Below, one piece after another: positions 25,130-32,912 of a stretch of 54,201 nucleotides of DNA. The notes beneath the pieces are model-generated. The model was given only the letters and a program-made list of their open reading frames with translations, was not told where the DNA came from and did not search any database. Within the stretch, counting starts at the first letter, position 1. The number at the start of each line of letters is the position of its first letter. The DNA comes from Eubacteriales bacterium. GTDB lineage: Bacteria; Bacillota; Clostridia; Oscillospirales; CAG-272. A program made the position numbers and the translations under genes. The stretch is taken from NCBI GenBank assembly GCA_045592305.1, contig JAZNUO010000136.1, positions 1 through 54,201 of the forward strand, given 5' to 3'.

Positions 25130-25907
25130 AAACGTACTATTTCTAATAGAAGGAATGTCAGAGAAAAAAGCCTTCGAAATAGCTATACCAGAATTGTTTG
25201 AAAACATCGATGAAAGTTATCAAGTCTTTTTTCCGAGAATCGTAGAAGATGGCATTGAAAAAGGTGGCGATATTACTTCCAAGTATGGTATTACTGCCGA
25301 GACAATTGAAGGCTGTATCTGTAAGCTTTTCTTGGATAATTTTTTTGAAGAACAAAAAATATATCCAAGACACATTACTGAAATTATTCATATTGTCGAT
25401 TTGGATGGTGCTTTTGTACCCAATGACGTAATTCGAAATGGAAGCAATCCTTCGGGAGAAGATAAGGTTTTCTATGGTGACGATTTTATTTGTGTTAATG
25501 ATGTTGAAAAAATCATTAATAGAAACCAAAGAAAGAGGGAGAACATCAAACACTTGGTATCTCTCAAACAATTAAATGTTCGACAAAACGGAGATAATCC
25601 TAACAGCAAACAGATACCGATTGATTATTCTGTATATTTCTTTTCAAGCAACTTGGATCATTTCATAAATAACAATGCAAATATGTCATCTGAAGAAAAA
25701 GTTCGCTGTGCAGACTATTTTGCATATTCGTATATTGATGATATTGATGGTTTTGTAAAATTTTTCACCGAAGATCCTGATGCGCTCAATGATATGTCTT
25801 ATGAAGATTCTTGGAAGTATATTATGCAGGAAGGGCAACTGCATTCGTTAAAAAGACACACCAATATCAATATATTGTTGACACGTCTTAAAGAAAAGAC
25901 GACATAG
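25107..25907 (+). CDS. Toprim-like protein (RloB/AbiLii/DUF4435-like)
   Basis: FLIEGMSEKKAF (Toprim Glu) and IVDLDGAFVPND (DxD). Overlaps the ATPase gene by 23 nt. Confidence 0.65.
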   Translation: MGKKPRYKNVLFLIEGMSEKKAFEIAIPELFENIDESYQVFFPRIVEDGIEKGGDITSKYGITAETIEGCICKLFLDNFFEEQKIYPRHITEIIHIVDLDGAFVPNDVIRNGSNPSGEDKVFYGDDFICVNDVEKIINRNQRKRENIKHLVSLKQLNVRQNGDNPNSKQIPIDYSVYFFSSNLDHFINNNANMSSEEKVRCADYFAYSYIDDIDGFVKFFTEDPDALNDMSYEDSWKYIMQEGQLHSLKRHTNINILLTRLKEKTT

Positions 25908-25923
25908 TACTTCCCAATAAACA

Positions 25924-25957
25924 CCGCCGAGAGTAACCATTTGGTCGTTCTCGGCGG
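25924..25957 (+). terminator. Terminator-like hairpin after the Toprim gene
   Basis: CCGCCGAGA / TCTCGGCGG stem. The following T-run is weak. Confidence 0.45.
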
Positions 25958-25990
25958 CGTTCTATTAACATTAATTCGAATAATTATAGT

Positions 25991-26040
25991 AAAAAACAAA
26001 TCCGAACCAATTTCGATTTACGAAATAGTTCGGATTTGTT
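25991..26040 (-). terminator. Rho-independent terminator downstream of tRNA-Glu
   Basis: 13-bp stem AACAAATCCGAAC / GTTCGGATTTGTT followed, on the minus strand, by a T-run. Confidence 0.65.
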
Positions 26041-26045
26041 ACGTT

Positions 26046-26120
26046 TGGTGACCCGTACGGGAATCGAACCCATGTTTCCAGCGTGAGAGGCTAGCGTCTT
26101 AACCGCTTGACCAACGGGCC
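26046..26120 (-). tRNA. tRNA-Glu (anticodon CUC), CCA encoded
   Basis: Hand-folded cloverleaf of 75 nt. Acceptor GGCCCGT/ACGGGTC, anticodon loop CTCTCAC, T-arm ATGGG-TTCGATT-CCCGT, then A-CCA. Confidence 0.85.
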
Positions 26121-26139
26121 GTGTCACAACGACTTGCAC

Positions 26140-26168
26140 ATTATAGCACAAGCAGGGAATTTTGTCAA
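26140..26168 (-). promoter_or_regulatory. Consensus sigma-A promoter for tRNA-Glu
   Basis: Minus strand reads TTGACA, 17 nt, TGcTATAAT, ending about 20 nt upstream of the tRNA 5' end. Confidence 0.6.
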
Positions 26169-26280
26169 GTGCTTTTTGAAAAAAAGTTTTGCAAAATGTC
26201 GGAATTCTTCAGAATGCTTGGGAAAGCACGAGGGGGGCGGCTCGGGGATTGGGGGGGACGGGGGATGGGGCGTGGGAGAG

Positions 26281-26309
26281 TTGACAAAAAAACCAAGGTG
26301 TGCTATAAT
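26281..26309 (+). promoter_or_regulatory. Consensus sigma-A promoter
   Basis: TTGACA, 17 nt, TGcTATAAT. Confidence 0.6.
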
Positions 26310-26357
26310 AGTGCTATACTATAAGGAGAAAACCTGCGGAGAAAGGAGAGTCCGAGA

Positions 26358-28496
26358 ATGGATCTGCGTCAGTATACCGAGGAGAAAAGCATGACCGAGT
26401 CACACCTGCGTATGGGTATGGCTTTTTTGGCAGAGAATCCCGAGGCGTACGGCTTTGTGCCGGATGCTTGCCCCGCGGTTACATCGGAGCTGATGGTCGC
26501 TGTCAACGGACACGGGGCTTCTGGCGGGAGTGCCTCACCCACGTATCCCGTGGAGGCAGAGGGGACTGACGGTCTGTTTGACACCCTGTTTGGCGGTCTC
26601 ATCCACCGAACCGATGATAACGCCCGTTTGCTCCGCGCCACCTTTGGGGAGAGCGAGGGGGCGCAGGAGCATCCCATCGCCCGATACTGCGCGGCGCTGA
26701 CCGAGGCGGTCGCCCTGCAAACCCTGAACGGGGCGGCAAAGGGCGCGTCCTTCGAGCAGACCTGCCTCATGCTGGGCAGCGAGATTCCCAAAAAGCTTTT
26801 CCGCCTGCGGGAGACGATTTGCGCTGACGGTCTCGCCGAGGGGGATCCCATTTTCTACACCGTGTCCTTGGGGGCTTGCCGCGTGACACCCGCAGGGGAC
26901 GGGAATTACTCCATCGATATTTTTTCCGCGGGAGATTTTCGGGTGTTTCTGCTGGATCGGGACGGACTCCATCCTCTCTGGCTGACGGATACCCCCGTTC
27001 TGTCCCCCGATACCAACGTTACCCCAACGGGCAGAAGTCTGCATCTCCACCATCCCGAGCCCTTCGCGGTGGTGCTTCTGTCGGACAGCGTCTGCGCGCT
27101 GAATCCGTCCGAGATCCGCGCGTTGCGGGAAAATGCGGGCATGATCTGGCGTTACCGTATGCGTCTGGAGGATCAGATCCTCCGTCTCATCACAGCCTGC
27201 GTCCGTGAGCAGGAATTCGGCGAGAGAGCCGCCCGCTTCTTTACGGGACGGTCCCGCGGCCGTGACAGCGCGTCGGGGGCTATGCTGATTCTGCGGGAGG
27301 GGGTGTCCTACGAGGTCTTTCGCTCCATCTGCGGCGATCGCCTGTCCCGCCTGGAGAATATGATCTCACTTTTGCCCGAGGGGTACGACCCCTCCAACCT
27401 TCCCACTCTCCCCTCCCGCGAGGCCGTAGAGCTGGATCATCTCCAACGCCTTTTGTCCCGTGAAGCGGGACTGTCCGACCGTGTGGCCGAGGCGCTCCGT
27501 TGGTGCGCCGCCCAAAAGCTGCGGGAAGGGAAGGATGGCAGCACGCCGCCTCCCGCCGATGTCCCCGCGTACCGCCGCCTGTCCTATGGGGAGGTGTGGA
27601 ATACCTACCGCCGCTACGATCGGGAGAATGACACCGACCGCGACCGCGTGGAGCAGAACCGACGGATCCTGCGGGACAACCTGACGGATCATTGGATCAC
27701 TCTCCGTCCCTACCTGCGGCAGGCATCCGACCGCCTCGCCTCTCCTGCCGCGGAGCGGAGCTACGCCGCCTGTGCGGACATGCACGCCCGCCTCGGAGGT
27801 ATGCTGGCGGCTCGGAAAAAAGCTTTGTCCACATTGGAATCCCTGCTGTCCGACAGCCTGACCGTCCTGCGCGCGGACGGGCGTGACTGGCTGGAGGGAA
27901 GGGCGGGCGACGGCTGCGTCACCGCGTGGGCGGATCGCCTGACGGATGAGCTTCCCCTCGCCACCGCCCCCATTCTGGAGAGCTGGCGGGAGAACACCGA
28001 CCGTTACCGCAGCCTGCTGACCGCCTACACCTACGAGAGGGAGCTTCTGTTCCGTCTGGATACCGAGGACGACGGCTTTTTCGTCGACGATTGGAGGAGC
28101 ATCCGCGACGGAACCCTCCCCGATAGCCGCTGGGATACCCTTCGCGAGAGCCTGCATACCGCCGAGCCTTACCGCGAGCTTCTGGATTCCCTGCGCCGTG
28201 TCTCCAAGGGGACGGGAGCCCTCCGCGCCCGCATCGAGAGTCGCGGTGCCGAGCATCGCATGGCGCGGGAGTTGTCCGCTCAGGTCGATCTTCAGATCGC
28301 CGCCCTGCGCGCCTCCGCCTATGAGGACGCAGATTGGGGTGAGAGCGTTGTGGCCGTGCTGGAGCCCGCCCGGCGAAGAGACCACCGCGACGTTGTCCGC
28401 CGCTGGCAGGAGAGCCGCGAGCTGGCCGCCCGCAGAGCCGAGGCATATGAGACCTACTCACGGTCATACGGCGTGTTTCTGCGCGCCGAATCCTGA
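26358..28496 (+). CDS. Large hypothetical protein; possibly degenerate PP2C-like N-terminal domain plus long helical R/E/L-rich C-terminal region
   Basis: RBS ggagag. SAGDFRVFLLDRDGL and VVLLSDSVC resemble PP2C strands, but the first metal motif reads AVNGHGASGG (Asn in place of Asp). Confidence 0.6.
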   Translation: MDLRQYTEEKSMTESHLRMGMAFLAENPEAYGFVPDACPAVTSELMVAVNGHGASGGSASPTYPVEAEGTDGLFDTLFGGLIHRTDDNARLLRATFGESEGAQEHPIARYCAALTEAVALQTLNGAAKGASFEQTCLMLGSEIPKKLFRLRETICADGLAEGDPIFYTVSLGACRVTPAGDGNYSIDIFSAGDFRVFLLDRDGLHPLWLTDTPVLSPDTNVTPTGRSLHLHHPEPFAVVLLSDSVCALNPSEIRALRENAGMIWRYRMRLEDQILRLITACVREQEFGERAARFFTGRSRGRDSASGAMLILREGVSYEVFRSICGDRLSRLENMISLLPEGYDPSNLPTLPSREAVELDHLQRLLSREAGLSDRVAEALRWCAAQKLREGKDGSTPPPADVPAYRRLSYGEVWNTYRRYDRENDTDRDRVEQNRRILRDNLTDHWITLRPYLRQASDRLASPAAERSYAACADMHARLGGMLAARKKALSTLESLLSDSLTVLRADGRDWLEGRAGDGCVTAWADRLTDELPLATAPILESWRENTDRYRSLLTAYTYERELLFRLDTEDDGFFVDDWRSIRDGTLPDSRWDTLRESLHTAEPYRELLDSLRRVSKGTGALRARIESRGAEHRMARELSAQVDLQIAALRASAYEDADWGESVVAVLEPARRRDHRDVVRRWQESRELAARRAEAYETYSRSYGVFLRAES

Positions 28497-28501
28497 AACT
28501 G

Positions 28502-28534
28502 ATCCGTCGGGGACACCCCCGTTCTCCGACGGAT
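28502..28534 (+). terminator. Terminator-like hairpin
   Basis: ATCCGTCGG / CCGACGGAT stem starting 6 nt after the stop. Confidence 0.45.
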
Positions 28535-28580
28535 TCCCCTTGTAACTGTGCAGCCAACCTTCAAATTTGGGGTTGGCTGT

Positions 28581-28705
28581 AAGATACAAAGATACAAGAT
28601 ACGAGATACAAGATATGCAAAAAACCATATGGTATCGCTTGTTTTTCTATCTTGTATTTTGTATCTTGTATCGGCCGAGCTTGCTCGGCGCGTATCTTGT
28701 ATCTC
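28581..28705 (-). repeat. GATACAA-heptamer palindromic element, copy 2 (opposite orientation)
   Basis: Same architecture as the other copies, read on the reverse strand. The GCCGAGCTTGCTCGGC hairpin is at the right end. Confidence 0.8.
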
Positions 28706-28832
28706 TCTGCTGAGCTGTGCTCAGCGATAAACCCCAATTTGAGTATTAGCTGAATCGTTACATCCCTTTCCTTCGACCGAGACAAGGGTCTGAGGCTGTC
28801 AAAAAAATATTTCGGATTTTTTCAAAAAAGCC

Positions 28833-28861
28833 TTGACAAAAGGGCTTTCGTGTGGTATACT
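28833..28861 (+). promoter_or_regulatory. Sigma-A type promoter of the infC-rpmI-rplT operon
   Basis: TTGACA, 17 nt, TGgTATACT. Confidence 0.6.
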
Positions 28862-29015
28862 ATCACAGTAAATGAAGCGAAACCGCCCGGTTTCCACCCC
28901 GCCGTTCCTGAACGAGCGCGGGTCAATAGATTTCTCCACTCAAAGAAACGGGTGGGTCTCTGTGTGCCGGGGCTGTCGCTTCGGTACGATTTTTATTTTT
29001 AGGAGGTGTTTACCT
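28862..29015 (+). promoter_or_regulatory. Candidate L20-responsive leader/attenuator
   Basis: Leader of about 155 nt. It ends in a GUGCCG...CGGUAC hairpin followed by GAUUUUUAUUUUU immediately before the infC RBS. The position matches the Firmicute L20 leader. Confidence 0.35.
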
Positions 29016-29549
29016 ATCGCCGCGAATGCTAAAGAAGCTCAGACTCTCCTCAACGAGGAAATCACCGCGAAGGAGATCCGAGTCGTAACCGCCGCCGGAG
29101 AGCCCCTTGGGATCATGAGCTCCAAGGAAGCCCTCAAGATCGCCTATGAGAGGGAATTGGATCTGGTCATGATCGCACCCATGGCAACGCCCCCCGTGTG
29201 CAAGATCATGGACTACGGCAAGTTCTGCTTTGAGAAGCAGAAGAGAGAGAAGGAAGCCAGGAAGAAGCAGCAGACCGTGGAGCTCAAGGAGATCCAGCTA
29301 TCCTGCCGCATCGACACCCACGATTACGAGACCAAGATGAATCAGGCCAAGAGGTTTTTGACCTCGGGCAACAAGGTCCGCGTGGTCATGAAGTTCCGCG
29401 GACGCGAGATGAGCCACATGGCCATCGGTCGCGATATTCTCGAGAAGTTCCTCGAGGACGTCAAGGAAGTGGGCTCCTGCGACAAGAAGCCCGTGCTGGA
29501 CGGTCGCTTCATGAGCATGGTCATAAACCCCCTCTCGAGCAAAAAGTAA
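29016..29549 (+). CDS. infC: Translation initiation factor IF-3, probable non-AUG (AUC) start
   Basis: EEITAKEIRVV...PPVCKIMDYGKF...KEIQLSCRIDTHDYETK. No in-frame ATG/GTG/TTG after RBS AGGAGG (29001-29006). ATC lies at the right spacing. Confidence 0.85.
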   Translation: MAANAKEAQTLLNEEITAKEIRVVTAAGEPLGIMSSKEALKIAYERELDLVMIAPMATPPVCKIMDYGKFCFEKQKREKEARKKQQTVELKEIQLSCRIDTHDYETKMNQAKRFLTSGNKVRVVMKFRGREMSHMAIGRDILEKFLEDVKEVGSCDKKPVLDGRFMSMVINPLSSKK

Positions 29550-29763
29550 GCACTCGTGTGCCGCAGACTCTGTCTGCCGCGGATTCATCCGCATCGGTGG
29601 GTAGCCAACGATATACGCACAAACCCCGCGCCCCGATTTTGTTCATGAACCCGTCGTTTTGATGCGGTCTACATGATATAAGGCTCCGAAAGGGAAGCCA
29701 ACGGATGCGCCGTGCGAACCCCATTGCGCGGCCATTCAGTACAATGAAAGAAGGAAAAGAAAA

Positions 29764-29958
29764 ATGGGAAAGGTTAAGACACACAAGGCATCTGCCAAGA
29801 GATTTTCCGTGACCGGTACCGGCAAGGTCAAGATCAACCACTGCCACCACCGCCACAACCTGGGTAAGAAGCCCTCCAAGAGAAAGAGACATCTGCGCTC
29901 CAGCGCCATTCTGAGCGAGGCAATGACTGCCAACATCAGAGCTATGATCCAGAAGTAA
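29764..29958 (+). CDS. rpmI: 50S ribosomal protein L35
   Basis: MGKVKTHKASAKRFSVTGTGKVK. Confidence 0.95.
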   Translation: MGKVKTHKASAKRFSVTGTGKVKINHCHHRHNLGKKPSKRKRHLRSSAILSEAMTANIRAMIQK

Positions 29959-29991
29959 TCGACAAGAGAATCGTTATAGGAGGAAAGAAAA

Positions 29992-30345
29992 ATGGCAAGA
30001 ATTAAGGGCGCAATGATGACGCGCAAGAGAAGAAATAAGGTTCTGAAGGCTGCCAAGGGCTACTGGGGCAGCAAGTCCAAGCACTTCAAGATGGCTAAGG
30101 AAGCCGTCATGAAGAGCGGCAACTATGCATTCGCCGGCCGTCGCCTGAAGAAGCGCGACTTCCGCCGTCTGTGGATCACCCGTATTTCCGCCGGCTGCAA
30201 GGCCAACGGCATGAACTACTCCACCTTCATGAACGGTCTGAAGAAGGCAGGTATCACCCTGAACCGCAAGATGCTGTCCGAGATCGCTATCTCCGACAAG
30301 GAGGCTTTCGCCGCTCTGTGCGAGCAGGCCAAGGCTGCCCTGTAA
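29992..30345 (+). CDS. rplT: 50S ribosomal protein L20
   Basis: [26 protein letters not shown]...[11 protein letters not shown]. Confidence 0.95.
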   Translation: MARIKGAMMTRKRRNKVLKAAKGYWGSKSKHFKMAKEAVMKSGNYAFAGRRLKKRDFRRLWITRISAGCKANGMNYSTFMNGLKKAGITLNRKMLSEIAISDKEAFAALCEQAKAAL

Positions 30346-30354
30346 TGACTTCAT

Positions 30355-30389
30355 AAAAACCCGATGGGCTCAGGTCCACTCGGGTTTTT
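30355..30389 (+). terminator. Rho-independent terminator after rplT
   Basis: AAAAACCCGA / TCGGGTTTTT stem. Confidence 0.7.
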
Positions 30390-30510
30390 ATCATTGAACG
30401 GCCTGTGTCAAATGGGTCGAAATCCCCCGAAAAAGCCCTGCTTTCAGGCGGTTTCGGGGGTCTTTTCCCCCTCTTTTGGGGGTGAAAAATCACCGAAACG
30501 AGGTGCTCTC

Positions 30511-31377
30511 ATGTCTGCATCTGTCCGCTTTGACGGCGAGATCATTACCTCCCGCCAGAACCGCCGTATCGTCGAGCTCGTGAAGTTAGACGACCGCCGC
30601 GCCCGCGAAAAGACCCGTACCTTCCGCTTCGACGGGGTCAAGCTCCTCTGCGAGGCCCTCCGCCGCGGGGTGGAGCTTGACTCGGTATTCCTTCGCGTGG
30701 GCACCGCCGAGCGGGTGTCCGCCCGTATGGAGGAGCTGTACGGCTGTACCCTCGCGGAGCTGGATTGCCCCGTGTTCGGGGTGGAGGATAGCCTTTTCGA
30801 GAAAATTTCTCAAGAAAATGCCCCCGACGGGGTCATAACCGCCGCAAAATATATTGACAAATCCCACAATTTAATTATAATATATAAGGAAGATGAAATT
30901 TCCCCGCGTCAGGGCGCGCCCATTCTCCTTCTGGAGTCGGTGCGGGATCCTCTCAACGTGGGGGCCATCATCCGCAGTGCCGCCGCGCTGGGCGTGGGTC
31001 GCATCATCATGAGCGCCGATTGCGCCGACCTCTACCATCCCAAGACTCTCCGCGCCGCCATGGGGCCGCTGTTCTCCATGCCCGTCACCCGCGTGGAGGA
31101 TCTGGCGGGTACGGTTACTGCCCTCCGTCAGTCGGGTCGCCGTATCTACGCCGCCGCGCTGGACGATACCGCCATCCGCCTCGGCTCTCCCGAATTTGAT
31201 GCCGAGCGGGAGGGACACCCCGTAGGGGCTGTGATCGGTAATGAGGGACACGGGCTATCGGAAGCCGTCATCGCCGCCTGCGACCGCAGCGTCTACATCC
31301 CCATGGAGGCCGACACCGAGTCCCTCAACGCGGGGGTGGCCGCCGCGCTCATTATGTGGGAAATCTGTAAGAGATAA
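30511..31377 (+). CDS. TrmH/SpoU-family RNA 2'-O-methyltransferase
   Basis: Start at MSASVRF with RBS gaggtg. ESVRDPLNVGAIIRSA, VIGNEGHGLS and ESLNAGVAAALIMWE. Confidence 0.85.
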   Translation: MSASVRFDGEIITSRQNRRIVELVKLDDRRAREKTRTFRFDGVKLLCEALRRGVELDSVFLRVGTAERVSARMEELYGCTLAELDCPVFGVEDSLFEKISQENAPDGVITAAKYIDKSHNLIIIYKEDEISPRQGAPILLLESVRDPLNVGAIIRSAAALGVGRIIMSADCADLYHPKTLRAAMGPLFSMPVTRVEDLAGTVTALRQSGRRIYAAALDDTAIRLGSPEFDAEREGHPVGAVIGNEGHGLSEAVIAACDRSVYIPMEADTESLNAGVAAALIMWEICKR

Positions 31378-31396
31378 GCTATACGGTTCTCTCTCA

Positions 31397-31512
31397 AAGA
31401 TACAAGATACGCACCGAGCAAGCTTGGTCGATACAAAATACAAGATATGGCCTGAACCGCGCCAACCATGAGTATCTTTGTTTTATCTTGTACCTCGTAT
31501 CTTGTATCTCTT
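31397..31512 (+). repeat. GATACAA-heptamer palindromic element, copy 3 (most diverged)
   Basis: AAGATACAAGATAC, then ACCGAGCAAGCTTGGT, GATACAAAATACAAGATA, a loop, then TATCTTGTACCTCGTATCTTGTATCT. Confidence 0.8.
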
Positions 31513-31553
31513 CGCGATCCCTCATTTCTATGTTTGTTTGAAAGGAGTCCGCC

Positions 31554-32867
31554 ATGAAGGACAGGCTGTTTGAGATCTGGTTCGCCCTGCGATGCGGGGT
31601 ACAGAATAAGGAATTCCAATCTCTGCTGGAGGCGTGCGGTACACCCTTTGATCTGTACAAGGCCGATGAGAACGAGCTGGAGAGTCTGCCCTGCTCTCAA
31701 AGTCTGAAGGCACGTTTGGCGGATAAGTCCCTGAAGGAAGCCACCCGCATCATGGAGTATTGCAAGCAGCATCGGGTGGGCATTCTGTTCTGGCAGGACG
31801 AGAACTACCCCGCCTCTCTCCGCCCCCTGCGGGATCCCCCCGTTCTGCTCTACTACCGCGGAAACCTCCCCGACCTGTCGAGACGGCTCTGCATCAGCGT
31901 GGTGGGCACCCGCAGCATGAGCGAATACGGCAAGCGTATCGCGTATAAAATAGGCTATGAGCTGGGGGCGGCGGGCTCCGTGGTGGTCTCGGGCATGGCT
32001 CTGGGCAACGACGGCGTGGCCGCCGCGGGCGCGATCCTGGCGGGAGGTTCCACCGTAGCCGTGCTGGGCAGCGGGATCGACGTCCCCTATCCCCGCGAGC
32101 ACGGCAGGCTTCTGGAGGCCATCACCGAGCGAGGCGCGGTCATGACCGAGTTCGCGCCCGGCACACCGCCCGAGGGCAGGAATTTCCCCATTCGGAACCG
32201 CATCATCAGCGGTCTCTCCCAAGGCACCGTGGTGGTGGAGGGAGACTTGAGATCGGGTGCTCTCATCACCGCCCGCACCGCCATCCTCCAGGGTCGCGAC
32301 ATCTACGCCTTCCCCGGCAACGTGGGGGAGACCAATTCGGCGGGCACCAATCAGCTCATCAGTGACGGTGCCGCCATGATCCTGCGCGCCCGCGATCTGC
32401 TGGACAATTACGCCTTCCTCTACAGGGACACGCTGGACATGGCCAGGCTGACCCGTGCCGAGACCCGCTCGGATATAGACGAGGCGGGACTGGGACGGCT
32501 GGGGGTCTGCGTCCGTACAGAAAGCACCAAGGAGGAGACAACCACCTCCCCCGCTCCCCGCGGCCGCCGCGGAGAAGCGCCCTCTGACACCCGTCGGAAT
32601 CCCTCCGCGCGTAAATCCCCGTCCCCGAGGGCTACCGTGCCGCCCCCCTCAGTCCCCGCCCACGGAGATGCCTCGGAGCGCGCACTAAAATCCCTCACCG
32701 ATACCCAAAGACGGCTGTTCGAGCTTCTGCCGCTGGATCACGCCGTCACCATCGACTGCCTGACCCGCGAGGGCTTCACCATCGGCGAGGTCATGGCCGC
32801 CATGACGGTGCTGGAGATCAAGGGGCTGACCGTCACCCTCCCCGGAGGGCTTTGCTCAAGAAAATAA
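31554..32867 (+). CDS. dprA: DNA processing protein DprA (Smf)
   Basis: VVGTRSMSEYG...VVSGMALGNDG...GSGIDVPYPREH...RNRIISGLS. Confidence 0.9.
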   Translation: MKDRLFEIWFALRCGVQNKEFQSLLEACGTPFDLYKADENELESLPCSQSLKARLADKSLKEATRIMEYCKQHRVGILFWQDENYPASLRPLRDPPVLLYYRGNLPDLSRRLCISVVGTRSMSEYGKRIAYKIGYELGAAGSVVVSGMALGNDGVAAAGAILAGGSTVAVLGSGIDVPYPREHGRLLEAITERGAVMTEFAPGTPPEGRNFPIRNRIISGLSQGTVVVEGDLRSGALITARTAILQGRDIYAFPGNVGETNSAGTNQLISDGAAMILRARDLLDNYAFLYRDTLDMARLTRAETRSDIDEAGLGRLGVCVRTESTKEETTTSPAPRGRRGEAPSDTRRNPSARKSPSPRATVPPPSVPAHGDASERALKSLTDTQRRLFELLPLDHAVTIDCLTREGFTIGEVMAAMTVLEIKGLTVTLPGGLCSRK

Positions 32868-32912
32868 TGGGACTTCCCCCACGGGGAAGCCAACGAAAGG
32901 AATACAGATCAC

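Larger units (their letters stand above)
4301..26045. mobile_element. Integrative mobilisable island next to tRNA-Glu (approximate bounds)
   Basis: Visible drop in GC. Contains serine and tyrosine recombinases, a CI-like repressor, MobC and relaxase. Bounded by a tRNA 3'-end-like direct repeat (4313-4337 vs 26044-26068). Confidence 0.7.

Noticed and set aside
4301-26045. Prophage interpretation of the island, prompted by the CI/LexA-like repressor and recombinases.
   Set aside because: No terminase, portal, capsid, tail or lysis genes are present. MobC, relaxase and a candidate oriT point to a mobilisable island.
26107-26394. ORFs of 95 and 67 codons starting inside the tRNA-Glu gene and running through the G-tract.
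   Set aside because: They overlap the tRNA, its promoter and the downstream gene's promoter. Their Gly runs are translations of the G-tract.
27366-28557. Minus-strand ORFs of 339 and 212 codons opposite the 26358-28496 gene.
   Set aside because: They are Arg/Gly/Pro-rich shadow frames. The + strand frame has a consensus promoter, RBS and terminator.
28561-28743. Imperfect 13-nt inverted repeat (TCAAATTTGGGGTT / AACCCCAATTTGA) flanking GATACAA copy 2, as possible terminal repeats of a MITE.
   Set aside because: The left half is also the loop and stem of a local hairpin (28551-28579). There is one indel, and the other four copies show no comparable flanks. The support is too weak.
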